DNA from: a bacterium
Lineage (GTDB): Bacteria > Sysuimicrobiota > Sysuimicrobiia > Sysuimicrobiales > Humicultoraceae
Reading direction: 5' to 3'
Length of the DNA: 63,465 nucleotides
Assembly: GCA_041497675.1 (NCBI GenBank)
Contig: JBGQGY010000005.1
Location: 1-63,465, forward strand
Part shown: positions 53,687-63,262 of the stretch, piece after piece
Numbering within the stretch: the stretch's first letter is position 1
How the letters are laid out: each line of letters starts with the position of its first letter
Made by a program: the position numbers and the translations under genes
The notes under the pieces: generated by a model
The model's input: only the letters and a program-made list of their open reading frames with translations
Database searches by the model: none
What the model was told of the DNA's origin: nothing

Positions 53687-54313
53687 TCAGCTTCCTCGCA
53701 CCGTCTTGAGAGCCCGCCCTTCCAACGCGCGCATGAGTGTGTTGGCCGCCAGCGCCAGCACCGTCACACCGATGGCGCCGGCGATGATCTTGTCCGGGTG
53801 GCTCTGCGAGACGCCCATGAACAAGAGGGTCCCAAGACCGCCGGCGTTGATGAAGGCGGCGAGGGTGCCGATACTGATCGTCGTGAGCACGGCCACGCGG
53901 ACACCCGCGAGGATGACCGGTGAGGCCAGCGGGATCTCCACCCGCCAGAAACACTGCCAGACGGTCATCCCGATCCCGCGCGCGGCTTCGAGCACCGCGG
54001 CGTCGACACCCAACAGCGCGACGGTGATGTTCCGAACCAGGATGATCTGCGCATAGGCCACGAGCGCAATCAGCGCCGGCACGAAGCCAAGACCCAGCAG
54101 CGGGATGAGCAGCACAAACAAGGCCAGGCTGGGGATCGTGTACATGATCCCCAGGATCGCAAGCAGCGGTCCTCGCACCCGACGGTTGCGCGCCGCCAGC
54201 ACCCCGAGAGGAAGGGCGATGAGCGCCGCGAGCGTCAGCGCGGCGACCGTCAGCCATACCTGTTCACCGAGCAGCCGCAGCACCTGGCCGGGATTCTCGA
54301 TGAGGTACCTCAT
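53687..54313 (-). CDS. ABC transporter permease, glycine betaine/choline/carnitine (Opu/YehY-W) type
   Basis: Small permease of about 6 TMs. EAA block LEAARGIGMTVWQCFWRVEIPLA. ATGA-type overlap with the ATPase gene. Confidence 0.88.
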   Translation of the reverse strand: MRYLIENPGQVLRLLGEQVWLTVAALTLAALIALPLGVLAARNRRVRGPLLAILGIMYTIPSLALFVLLIPLLGLGFVPALIALVAYAQIILVRNITVALLGVDAAVLEAARGIGMTVWQCFWRVEIPLASPVILAGVRVAVLTTISIGTLAAFINAGGLGTLLFMGVSQSHPDKIIAGAIGVTVLALAANTLMRALEGRALKTVRGS

Positions 54314-55278
54314 CGGCGTGCGGCGGTCCGCCCCGCGAGCACGGCACCGCGGATATCCTCGAAGGTCAACCGCCCAACAGCACTCCCATCGGTACTGATG
54401 ACCGTCAGGGCCGGGGCGTCGCTCTGCAGCAAGAGAGAAATCGCCGTGCGCAGGCTGTCGCTCGTCCGCACGGTCGGAGCATCCGGCGACGCGCCGGCCG
54501 GTGCACCGACCACTGCCTCTACCGGGACAAGGCTGAGCTGGCGCAGCACATCATCGCTGGTCAGGAGCTGCCGGACGAAATCATCATGGGGACGCGTGAT
54601 GATCGCCAGCGGCCGGTCATGCTGGACGACGCGGCCGCTGCGCATGATCGCCATGCGGTCGGCAAGGCGTAGCGCCTCATCCACATCGTGTGTGACAAAC
54701 AGGATGGTCTTGTGCAGTTTCTGTTGGATCGTGCGGAATTCGTCCTGCAGGCGAGCGCGCGTAATCGCATCCAGCGCCCCGAACGGCTCGTCCATGAGCA
54801 TGATATGGGGATCGGCGGCCAGCGCCCTGGCCAGCCCCACCCGCTGCTGCTCGCCACCCGAGAGCTGACGCGGGTAGCGCCGGCGGTACGACCGCGGAAG
54901 TCCAACCAGATCGAGCAACTCGTCGATCCGGGCTTCGATCCGAGGCCGCGACCAGCCAAGCAGCTCCGGCACCGTGGCGATGTTCTGCTCCACACGCAGG
55001 TGCGGAAACAGTCCCACTTGTTGGATGACATACCCGATGCGCCGCCGCAGGAGTGGCGCATCGATCGTGTGTACGTCTGCGCCTTCGATGAGAATTCGAC
55101 CGGCATCGGGCTCGTAGAGCCGGTTGACCAATTTGAGCAGTGTCGTCTTGCCCGAGCCGGACGGTCCCAACAGGACTGTCAACTCGCCGCTCTCGACCGA
55201 CAGCGAGCAATCCTCCACCGCGTCGCGCGTGAAGTCCGGGAAGCGCTTGTGGACGTGCTCGATATCGATGGCGCCCAT
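54310..55278 (-). CDS. ABC transporter ATP-binding protein, osmoprotectant type with C-terminal CBS-like region
   Basis: Walker A GPSGSGKTT, signature LSGGEQQR, Walker B MLMDEP. C-terminal extension of about 90 aa. Confidence 0.9.
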   Translation of the reverse strand: MGAIDIEHVHKRFPDFTRDAVEDCSLSVESGELTVLLGPSGSGKTTLLKLVNRLYEPDAGRILIEGADVHTIDAPLLRRRIGYVIQQVGLFPHLRVEQNIATVPELLGWSRPRIEARIDELLDLVGLPRSYRRRYPRQLSGGEQQRVGLARALAADPHIMLMDEPFGALDAITRARLQDEFRTIQQKLHKTILFVTHDVDEALRLADRMAIMRSGRVVQHDRPLAIITRPHDDFVRQLLTSDDVLRQLSLVPVEAVVGAPAGASPDAPTVRTSDSLRTAISLLLQSDAPALTVISTDGSAVGRLTFEDIRGAVLAGRTAARR

Positions 55279-55284
55279 GCGGCG

Positions 55285-56181
55285 CTATTTCTTGAGCAGC
55301 CCCTTCTCCTGCAAGAAGGCCTTGGCGACGGCGGCGAACTCCTTCTTCGTCGGGCCATCCACCTGCCAGTTCAGACCGGCCATGACGTCGTCGGTCAGCA
55401 GCGGCGCGAGCTTGTTGAGCGCCTCGGCGATCTTGGCGTTCTTGTCGAGCACGTCGGTGCGCACGACCGGAGCCGCCTGATAGACGGGATAGAAGTGCTT
55501 GTCGTCCTGCAGCAGGACCAGCCCCATCCCGCTGATCTGGCCGTCGGTGCCAAAGGCCACAACGACGTCTATCTGACCGGTCTTTAGCGCTTCGTAGCGG
55601 AGGCTGCCGGTCCCAAGCTGTCTGAACTCCTTGAACTGGAAGCCGCCGTAGGCCTGCTGCAGCCCCTTGATGCCGTCCGCCCGCTCGGCGAACTCGGCCG
55701 GGCCACCCAGGCGCAGCTCGGCCGCCTTCGCGGACAGATCGGAGTAGGTCTTGATACCGTACTTGTCTGAGACGTCCTTCGTCGTCGCGAGCGCCTGCGT
55801 GTCGTTGAACGGCGCCGGTTCGAGCCAGGACAGTTTGAACTGTTCACGGTACCCCTTCCGAACGGCTTCAAGGATCGCGTTAGCATCAGCCAACGGTTTC
55901 TCCTTGAGAACGGTTAATAGCCCGGTGCTGGTGTACTCGGGATACAAGTCGATATCACCTTTGACCAGCGCCGCGTGGGCGATCGGGGTGCCGCCGAGGT
56001 TGAACTTGCGCTCGACTTTGAAACCAGCCTCTTCGAGGAGCAGCGAATACATCTCCGCCAAGATGAACTCTTCGGTGAAATCTTTGGAGCCGACCTTGAG
56101 CGTGACCGGGGCCGCCCGAGAGCACCCGGCGAGTAATAGTGCGACGAGCACGAACACGATGAGTTGCGAGGCACGCTTCAA
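55285..56181 (-). CDS. glycine betaine/choline-type substrate-binding lipoprotein (OpuBC/OpuCC/OsmF-like)
   Basis: Lipobox LLLAGC. Blocks VGSKDFTEEFILAEMY and DLYPEYTSTGL are typical of this SBP family. Confidence 0.88.
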   Translation of the reverse strand: MKRASQLIVFVLVALLLAGCSRAAPVTLKVGSKDFTEEFILAEMYSLLLEEAGFKVERKFNLGGTPIAHAALVKGDIDLYPEYTSTGLLTVLKEKPLADANAILEAVRKGYREQFKLSWLEPAPFNDTQALATTKDVSDKYGIKTYSDLSAKAAELRLGGPAEFAERADGIKGLQQAYGGFQFKEFRQLGTGSLRYEALKTGQIDVVVAFGTDGQISGMGLVLLQDDKHFYPVYQAAPVVRTDVLDKNAKIAEALNKLAPLLTDDVMAGLNWQVDGPTKKEFAAVAKAFLQEKGLLKK

Positions 56182-56208
56182 CCCAGTTCCCCCCTTACTA
56201 GGATGGCG

Positions 56209-56850
56209 CTACGATGCGCGGGACACGTTCTCGAGCAGTCGCTGTACACCGGCCAGGACCCCTTCGGCCCCCAGGGTCAGGATCGCCACCGGGATGGCGC
56301 CGACGAGCATGATCGGCGGTTCGAACAACGCAAATCCACGGTAGATAAAATCGCCAAGCCCGCCGCCGCCGATGAACGCCGCCAGGGTGGCGCTGGCAAA
56401 CACGTCGACGGCCGCCGTGCGGACGCCGGCGACCACGACCGGCATGGCCAGCGGTACTTCCACGCGCCACAGCACCTGCCGGGCGTCCATCCCCATCCCG
56501 CGCGCCGCCTCCACGACGCCCGCATCCACACCGCGAAATCCAGCATCGGTGTTGATCAAGATGGGAGGACCGGCCAATATCACCAACGCCACGAGCGCGG
56601 GAAGAAATCCCAACCCGAGGTACGGCACGGCGAGAAAGAGGATGGCCAGACTCGGCACAACGCGCAACCCGCTGAACGCGCTCAGGAGTTGCGGGGCGAG
56701 CGGTCGCCGGCGGGCGATGTACACGCCGAGGGGCACGCACAACGCGCCACCGATCGCCAACGCCAGCACCGAGAGACGGATGTGCGTGAACAGCGCCTCG
56801 ACAAACACGGCGCGGTTCACCAACGCGTAACGATAGGCAGCTTCGAGCAT
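56209..56850 (-). CDS. ABC transporter permease, glycine betaine/choline type
   Basis: EAA block VVEAARGMGMDARQVLWRVEVPLA. Paralogous to 53687-54313. Confidence 0.88.
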   Translation of the reverse strand: MLEAAYRYALVNRAVFVEALFTHIRLSVLALAIGGALCVPLGVYIARRRPLAPQLLSAFSGLRVVPSLAILFLAVPYLGLGFLPALVALVILAGPPILINTDAGFRGVDAGVVEAARGMGMDARQVLWRVEVPLAMPVVVAGVRTAAVDVFASATLAAFIGGGGLGDFIYRGFALFEPPIMLVGAIPVAILTLGAEGVLAGVQRLLENVSRAS

Positions 56851-56966
56851 TGCTGGGCCTGTACGGTCATTCTACCTCGCCCGGCCGTCAACTTCGGGCT
56901 TGACTCTTCAAAAGGCCGGTCCACAGTAGGGGGGTGGCAAATGGGTCGCTATCGAAAACTCAGGTG

Positions 56967-58424
56967 ATGAAGCACCTGGGATTCGTCATGGTCGCTCTGC
57001 TCGCATGGCTGTCTGCGGCGCAGAGTATCGTACCAACGCCGGCGCTCTCGATTCCGGTCAGGCGGCCGAACATCGTGTTCGTCCTCACCGATGATCTTTC
57101 ATGGAATCTGGTCCAGTACATGCCGCACGTCCTCAAGATGCAAAAGGACGGCGTGACATTCACCAACTACTTCGTCACCGATTCGTTGTGCTGCCCCTCG
57201 CGCTCGTCGATCTTCACAGGACGCTACCCGCACGACACCGGCGTGTTCACCAACACCGGCAAGGACGGCGGCTATCTCGTGTTTCGTGACCGTGGTAATC
57301 AGCAGGCCACGTTCGCCACCGCGCTCTCGGCGGCCGGGTATCGCACGGCCATGTCCGGCAAGTACTTGAATGGCTATCTGCCTGCTCGACATCCCGTGGC
57401 CCCCGGCTGGACATCCTGGGCGGTCGCAGGGAATGGTTATCCTGAATTCAGTTACAATCTCAACCAAGACGGCAAAGTTGTCCACTACGGCAACGCGCCG
57501 ACGGACTATTTGACGGACGTAGTCTCTGGGTTGGGGGTACGCTTCATCAAGCAGGCGGCCGGCGCGCCGTTCGTGATCGAAATCGCGACCTTCGCGCCGC
57601 ACGCGCCATACACGCCTGCACCGCGCGACGCCGATGCGCTGCCGGGCCTGCGCGCTCCGCGAACGCCGGCGTTCGACGCCGCGCCAGACGCGAACGCTCC
57701 CAAATGGCTGAGCGCGCATCCGCCACTCTCCATCGCCGACATGGCGAACATCGACAAGGATTTCCGCAAACGCGCCCAGTCGGTGCTCGCCGTCGACGCC
57801 ATGATTGGCGAGCTGCAGGCGGCCGTAGCCGCAATCGGGGAGGAGAACAATACCTATTTCATCTTTAGTTCCGACAACGGCTATCACATGGGCGAGCACC
57901 GTCTGCGGCCGGGGAAGATGACTCCCTACGATACAGATATCCGCGTCCCGCTCATTGTGACGGGACCAGGGGTTCCGGCAGGACGCACCGTTGAAGAAAT
58001 CGTCATGAACATCGATTTGTACCCGACGTTCACCGAACTGGCCGGCGCGGCGGTGCCCGCCGGCGTCGACGGGCGCAGTCTGGTGCCGCTGCTGCACGGG
58101 CAGAAGGTCACAGAGTGGCGAACGGCCGCACTGGTCGAGCACCACGGCCCGCACAACGATTCGAGCGATCCGGACGCGCCCGCGGCCCGCAGCGGGAACC
58201 CGACGACGTACGAAGCGATTCGCATGCGGACGTCACTCTATGTGGAGTATGCCGACGGAGAGAAGGAGTATCATGACCTCTCTGCCGATCCGTACGAGTT
58301 GCGCAATACCTTTTCCACGCTATCCAGCCAGGAACTGACATCATTGCGCGGGATGCTCAAGGCGATGAGCGGCTGCCACGGCGCGAGGAGCTGCTGGTTG
58401 GCAGAGCGTCCGATGCCTCAATGA
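56967..58424 (+). CDS. exported Cys-type sulfatase (N-acetylglucosamine-6-sulfatase-like)
   Basis: Signal peptide MKHLGFVMVALLAWLSAAQS. NIVFVLTDDLS. Formylglycine motif CCPSRSSIFTGR. GKYLNGY block. Confidence 0.88.
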   Translation: MKHLGFVMVALLAWLSAAQSIVPTPALSIPVRRPNIVFVLTDDLSWNLVQYMPHVLKMQKDGVTFTNYFVTDSLCCPSRSSIFTGRYPHDTGVFTNTGKDGGYLVFRDRGNQQATFATALSAAGYRTAMSGKYLNGYLPARHPVAPGWTSWAVAGNGYPEFSYNLNQDGKVVHYGNAPTDYLTDVVSGLGVRFIKQAAGAPFVIEIATFAPHAPYTPAPRDADALPGLRAPRTPAFDAAPDANAPKWLSAHPPLSIADMANIDKDFRKRAQSVLAVDAMIGELQAAVAAIGEENNTYFIFSSDNGYHMGEHRLRPGKMTPYDTDIRVPLIVTGPGVPAGRTVEEIVMNIDLYPTFTELAGAAVPAGVDGRSLVPLLHGQKVTEWRTAALVEHHGPHNDSSDPDAPAARSGNPTTYEAIRMRTSLYVEYADGEKEYHDLSADPYELRNTFSTLSSQELTSLRGMLKAMSGCHGARSCWLAERPMPQ

Positions 58425-58434
58425 CTACGGCGCA

Positions 58435-58935
58435 GTGATGATCCACCCTGAGACCCGGATTGGTCACATCCACCTGAGAGTGTCGAACCTCGAGCGGGCG
58501 ATCGCGTTCTACCGGGACGTGCTGGGGTTCGAGTTGAAGATGACTGATGGGGCACAGGCCGCCTTCTTGTCGGCGGGCGGTTATCATCATCACATCGGAC
58601 TGAACACCTGGGGCAGCAAGGACGGCAGTCCACCGCCCAAGGGGTCCACAGGGCTATATCACTTCGCAATCTTGCTTCCCAGTCGTCGCGAACTCGCCCG
58701 AATGTACAAGAGACTGGTTGATAACAGGATAGAGATCGGCGTTGCGCAGGACCACGGCGTCAGCGAGGCCATCTATTTCCGCGATCCGGACGGGAACGGC
58801 ATCGAGATCTACCGCGATCGCGATCGGTCCGAATGGCCCCGCACTCCTGACGGCCGCATGACGATGACGAACGGGCCGCTCGACCTGGACGCGCTCCTCG
58901 CCGAACTGGCCGAAGAACCGCGGCCCGCCCGGTAG
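58435..58935 (+). CDS. VOC (glyoxalase/bleomycin resistance/extradiol dioxygenase) family protein
   Basis: IGHIHLRVSNLERAIAFYRDVLGFEL. HHHIGLN. EAIYFRDPDGNGIEIY. Confidence 0.8.
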   Translation: MMIHPETRIGHIHLRVSNLERAIAFYRDVLGFELKMTDGAQAAFLSAGGYHHHIGLNTWGSKDGSPPPKGSTGLYHFAILLPSRRELARMYKRLVDNRIEIGVAQDHGVSEAIYFRDPDGNGIEIYRDRDRSEWPRTPDGRMTMTNGPLDLDALLAELAEEPRPAR

Positions 58936-58957
58936 CCTCGCGGACCGACAGCCTCGC

Positions 58958-59317
58958 CTATCGCCTCAGATACGCGTCCGTTCCCGCGATCCAGTCCTGC
59001 CGCGGCGGGTTGAAGATATCCATTTCCACGACGTCCTCCATCATCTCGGCGCCGTGTTGGACGTTGCTGGGGAGTAGCAGCAGCTCGCCACCGCGCACGA
59101 TGATGTCCTCCTCGTCGGGGAAGAAGAAGCGCATCGTGCCCGAGATGCAGTAGGTGATCTGCTCGTTCTCGTGGTGATGCGAGGGGGCCACAAACCCGGC
59201 CTTGAACTCCATATACGCGGCCATCAGGCGCTCGCCCCACACCATGCGCCGCATCATCTTGGGATTCACGACCTCGGGTTTCATCGCTGCCAACGAGTGG
59301 TGCCGCACCGTGCTCAT
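58958..59317 (-). CDS. cupin domain protein
   Basis: AGGAGGGG precedes ATG 59317 (ATG 59338 is an alternative). Cupin motifs APSHHHENEQITYCISG and LLLPSNVQHGA. Confidence 0.7.
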   Translation of the reverse strand: MSTVRHHSLAAMKPEVVNPKMMRRMVWGERLMAAYMEFKAGFVAPSHHHENEQITYCISGTMRFFFPDEEDIIVRGGELLLLPSNVQHGAEMMEDVVEMDIFNPPRQDWIAGTDAYLRR

Positions 59318-59465
59318 GCGCCCCTCCTGAGGTGTCATTCGACCCGGGCTCCAACAGCACAGGTTACGCGCGAGGCATCGGCTTCCTGCTCACCGCAGGA
59401 CTTGGCGATCAACGAGTCAAAGACAGGGCGCATCCACGCTGACAAGATGTCCAAGGGAGGTCTCG

Positions 59466-60407
59466 ATGCGTTATCGCCGGCTGGGTAATTCCGGGTTGAA
59501 GGTGTCCGCGGTCGGGCTGGGCGGGAACAACTTTGGTCGGGTGACCGACGCCCAGACGTCCGAGCGGATCATCCACCGGGCGCTTGATCTGGGCGTGAAC
59601 TTCTTCGACACAGCCGATGTCTACGGCCGCGGGGTGTCCGAGGAGCACGTCGGGCGGGCCCTGGCACAGCGCCGCGCGGAAGCCGTGGTGGCGACGAAAG
59701 TGGCCATGGAGATGGGGTCCGGGCCCAACGAGACCGGCGCGTCGCGCAAGCACATCATGGACGGCGTGCACGCCAGCCTGCGCCGCCTCAACATGGACCA
59801 CGTCGATCTGTTGCAAATCCACCGATGGGACCGCGAGGCGCCGATCGATGAAACCATGAGCGCGCTCGACGATCTGGTGCACCAGGGCAAAGTGCGCTAT
59901 GTGGGTTCGTCGAACTTCAGGGCCTGGCAGCTCGTGTGGGCGCTCTGGGCGAGCGATCGGCGCGGGTGGGTGTCCATGATCTCCGAGCAGCCGGAGTACA
60001 GCCTGCTCAACCGCAGCGTCGAGCGCGAGCTGATGCCCGCCTGTCAGGCGTTTGGCGTTGGGATCATTCCGTACTTTCCGCTGGCCGGCGGGATGTTGAC
60101 CGGCAAGTACAAAGAGGGCGAGGCGTTTCCTCCGGGTACCCGGCTCGAACGGATGGAGCGGTCGCGCAACATGTTTGCGACACCCCGCAACTTCGCCATC
60201 GTGCGAAAGCTCGAGGCCTGGGCGCGTGACCACGGGCATCCCCTAACCGAACTCGCCGTGGCCTGGTTGCTCGCACGGCCGATGGTCTCGACGGTGATCA
60301 CCGGTGTCACGAAACCCGAGCAGGTCGAAGCCAACGTCAAGGCGGCCGATTGGGACCTGACCCCGGCCGAGGCGGAAGAGGTCGCCACCCTTGCGCCGCC
60401 CGAGTGA
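59466..60407 (+). CDS. aldo/keto reductase
   Basis: AAGGGAGG precedes ATG 59466. [38 protein letters not shown]. Confidence 0.9.
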   Translation: MRYRRLGNSGLKVSAVGLGGNNFGRVTDAQTSERIIHRALDLGVNFFDTADVYGRGVSEEHVGRALAQRRAEAVVATKVAMEMGSGPNETGASRKHIMDGVHASLRRLNMDHVDLLQIHRWDREAPIDETMSALDDLVHQGKVRYVGSSNFRAWQLVWALWASDRRGWVSMISEQPEYSLLNRSVERELMPACQAFGVGIIPYFPLAGGMLTGKYKEGEAFPPGTRLERMERSRNMFATPRNFAIVRKLEAWARDHGHPLTELAVAWLLARPMVSTVITGVTKPEQVEANVKAADWDLTPAEAEEVATLAPPE

Positions 60408-60428
60408 CGGTGCAACCGGTCGAGCTCG

Positions 60429-60656
60429 GTGCGTATCACGGTTACCGTCAACCCCGGGGCGCGGAGTGAGCGCATCGAGCGGATCGACGCGTCGCGGCTG
60501 CGGGTGGCCGTGACAGAGCCCCCGCGTGAAGGCCGCGCCAATGCCGCCGTGGTGCGGGCGGTGGCGCGCTTCTTCGGCGTACCGGCGTCGGCGGTCCGCA
60601 TCGTCCATGGGGCGACGAGCCGGTCCAAGATCATCGAGATCAAGGAGCGGGCCTGA
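60429..60656 (+). CDS. DUF167 (YggU) family protein
   Basis: VTVNPGARSERIE...LRVAVTEPPREGRANAAVVRAVARFFGVPASAVRIVHGATSRSKIIEI matches the DUF167 pattern. GTG start. Confidence 0.75.
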   Translation: MRITVTVNPGARSERIERIDASRLRVAVTEPPREGRANAAVVRAVARFFGVPASAVRIVHGATSRSKIIEIKERA

Positions 60657-61063
60657 TGCTGCCTCCTCGCATCCTGACAGGATTCACTACGCCGCCGGCC
60701 GATGGCATCCGCCCCATCCAGCATATCCTGCTGCACATGGTCCGCGCCGAAGCGTTCTGGTTTGAGCACGTCGTGTCCGGGAAGCCACGGCCGAAGGCAG
60801 ACCCTGAAAACTTTAAGGATCTGGACGCCATCCTGGCTGTCTGGAGGCCTCAACGAGATGCATCACTTGCGTGGCTGGAGCGGTTGACGGAACATGACCG
60901 CGCCGATACGCGCCCGTTCCCCTGGGATCAGAGCCAGCGCGCGTCGATTGAAGACATCGTCTGGCACGTCGTGACCCACGAGCAGTACCATCGCGGGCAG
61001 GTTTTCACGCGGCTCGCCCTGCTCGGGCGGCGGGATCTGCCAGACCAGGATCTCCTGCGTTAA
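60656..61063 (+). CDS. DinB family protein (apparently lacking the first helix)
   Basis: IQHILLHMVRAEAFW and IVWHVVTHEQYHRGQV. The start shares 1 nt with the upstream stop (TGATG). Confidence 0.75.
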   Translation: MLPPRILTGFTTPPADGIRPIQHILLHMVRAEAFWFEHVVSGKPRPKADPENFKDLDAILAVWRPQRDASLAWLERLTEHDRADTRPFPWDQSQRASIEDIVWHVVTHEQYHRGQVFTRLALLGRRDLPDQDLLR

Positions 61064-61828
61064 CTACGGCGGCTGGACCACGGCCGCGGCCTCCACGCGC
61101 TTTGCGGCGCGCCGGAGCAGCGGGAGGAGCTTCGCAAACGTCTCGTCGGTCGCGAACTGCGCGGGCGGCGCGACGACCAGCCCCGCGACCAGCAGACCGT
61201 CCGCGCGCCGGACGGGCACGGCCATCGAACTGACCCCGATCATCGCTTCCTGGCGGGCGTAGGCCACACCCGTCGCCCGCGCCCCCGCGATGTCCTGCAG
61301 GAACCCTGCGACCGACGTGATGGTGTGCGGGGTGAGCCGCGGCATGCCGGTGGCCTCGAGGATCCGCCGGATCTGCGCGTCGGGCCGCTCGGCCAGGAAG
61401 AGTTTGCCGATCGCGCTGACGTGAGGTGGAAGCCGGTCGCCCGGTCGCGAGTTGACCGTGAGCACCTCGCCCGCTTCACGCGCAATCATGACGATCACTT
61501 CGTGATCGACCAGTGCGCCAAGAGAGACCGTGAAGTCGACCTCATCCGCGAGTTCGGCGACAATGCGCTCGACCACGCGGTCTTCGATCTGCGCGCGCAG
61601 GTACGCGGTGCCGAGCTCGAAAGCGCCTACGCCGATGCGATACTTGCGGGTCGCCGGATCGAAACGAAGCAGACGAGAGGTGGCCATCGTCACCATCAGG
61701 CGGTGGACGGTCGTGCGTTCCAACCCCAATCGCGCCGCGGTCTCGCTTGGGCTCAACGACTGGTTCGCCCTTGCAACAGTTAATAGGATATCCATGGCCC
61801 GACCGACGGATTGAATGAGTCTTGACAT
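61064..61828 (-). CDS. IclR family transcriptional regulator
   Basis: GAGGA precedes ATG 61828. HTH LSPSETAARLGLERTTVHRLMVTM. C-terminal IclR effector-domain-like sequence. Confidence 0.88.
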   Translation of the reverse strand: MSRLIQSVGRAMDILLTVARANQSLSPSETAARLGLERTTVHRLMVTMATSRLLRFDPATRKYRIGVGAFELGTAYLRAQIEDRVVERIVAELADEVDFTVSLGALVDHEVIVMIAREAGEVLTVNSRPGDRLPPHVSAIGKLFLAERPDAQIRRILEATGMPRLTPHTITSVAGFLQDIAGARATGVAYARQEAMIGVSSMAVPVRRADGLLVAGLVVAPPAQFATDETFAKLLPLLRRAAKRVEAAAVVQPP

Positions 61829-61896
61829 GAGGAATCCTCGATGTGTATTATATGCACAACCCGTGCACCATTGCCACAAGAACATCGTGGGAGACG

Positions 61897-63234
61897 ATGC
61901 CGATGCGCACAGTACATGAGCCCGGTGGACAGGTCCCGGTGGTGCGCGAATGTGACGTGCTCGTCGTGGGCGGCGGCCCGGCAGGTCAGGCGGCGGCGGT
62001 TGCCGCGGCGCGCGCCGGCGCCCAGGTCACGCTGCTGGAGCGCTACGGGTATCTGGGCGGGCTGGCGTCGGGCGGCATGGTGCTGGTGCTCGACGACATG
62101 TGCGCGCGCGGCGAGGTCTCGGTCGGCGGGCTCGCGCTGGAAATCATCGACCGGCTCCGGGTGATCGGCGCCGTGGTCGCTCCCCCGCTCCAAGACTGCT
62201 TCCGCAACGATCCCGACGTGCTCGCGCGCTGGACCCGGTGGGGATTTGAAGAGCTCTACTCGCGCGTCAGACCGAAGCCGATCGTGTTCTCCGCGTCGTT
62301 CGACCCCGAAGGGTGGAAACAGGTCTCGCAGGAGATGGCATTGGAGGCCGGCGTCCACCTGCGTTTCCATTCGTGGTTCTCGCGCAGCATCGTCGAAGAC
62401 GGCGCCGTCCGCGGCGCGATCGTCGAGACCAAGGCCGGCCGCCAGGCCGTGCTGGGCCGTGTGGTGATTGACGCCACCGGTGACGGCGACGTGTTTGGGA
62501 GCGCCGGCGCGCCACAGGTGCACGGGTCGTACATCTTGACGCTGGTCCACCGGCTCGCGGATGTCGACACCGACGAAGCCCTTCGCTTCGAGCGCGACAA
62601 CCCTGAGGCGGCGCGACAGGTCGATACCGACGTGAAGAAGCTGCTCGGTGGGTCGTGGGACCACTGGTGGCTGCGCACACCCCGGCCCGGCGTCGTGTGG
62701 TGCAACTGCCCGCACATCCCCGGGTACGACGGGTTGAATCCCGAGCATCTGACCTACATCGAGACCGACTGCCGCCGCCGGTTCATGAAGGTGTTGGACT
62801 ATGTGCGGGCGCACTATCCGGGATTCCAGCGCGCGTACATCCTCGACGCCGCGCCGCAGGTCGGCGTGAGACAGACCCGTCTGCTCGAAGGCGAGTATGT
62901 CGTCACCAAAGACGATCTGATGGAACGGCGGCGCTTTTCGGACGTGGTGGCCCGCGGTCGCGACTACTACACGCCCTATCGCAGCCTAGTCCCGAAGCAC
63001 ATCGAGGGCCTGCTGGTGGCCGGACGGCACTACTCGGCGACTCCCGACGCGCAGCGCATCAGCCGCGAGATCCCCCCGATGATGGTGATGGGTGAGGCCG
63101 CGGGGACCGCCGCGGTGTTGAGCCTGGAATCCAGCGTGCCGCCGCGTCGAGTCGACGTACCGGCGCTCCAGAAACGGCTCTTGGCGCAGGGGGTGAACCT
63201 GGGTACGCTCGAACCTGTGACGGGCGCCACGTGA
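61897..63234 (+). CDS. FAD-dependent oxidoreductase (FAD_oxidored / GIDA-like fold)
   Basis: GGGAG precedes ATG 61897. Dinucleotide motif CDVLVVGGGPAGQAAAVAAARAGAQVTLLER. VVIDATGDGDV. Confidence 0.8.
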   Translation: MPMRTVHEPGGQVPVVRECDVLVVGGGPAGQAAAVAAARAGAQVTLLERYGYLGGLASGGMVLVLDDMCARGEVSVGGLALEIIDRLRVIGAVVAPPLQDCFRNDPDVLARWTRWGFEELYSRVRPKPIVFSASFDPEGWKQVSQEMALEAGVHLRFHSWFSRSIVEDGAVRGAIVETKAGRQAVLGRVVIDATGDGDVFGSAGAPQVHGSYILTLVHRLADVDTDEALRFERDNPEAARQVDTDVKKLLGGSWDHWWLRTPRPGVVWCNCPHIPGYDGLNPEHLTYIETDCRRRFMKVLDYVRAHYPGFQRAYILDAAPQVGVRQTRLLEGEYVVTKDDLMERRRFSDVVARGRDYYTPYRSLVPKHIEGLLVAGRHYSATPDAQRISREIPPMMVMGEAAGTAAVLSLESSVPPRRVDVPALQKRLLAQGVNLGTLEPVTGAT

Positions 63235-63262
63235 GTCGTCACCCAGGCGTCGGAGGCCCCCG

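Noticed and set aside
57099-58154. 351-aa minus-strand ORF (and 61780-62814, 344 aa; 50700-51689, 329 aa)
   Set aside because: They are antisense to the sulfatase (CCPSRSS motif), the FAD oxidoreductase (GGGPAG motif), and the TPR plus AKR genes respectively. None has a recognisable motif. They are shadow ORFs.
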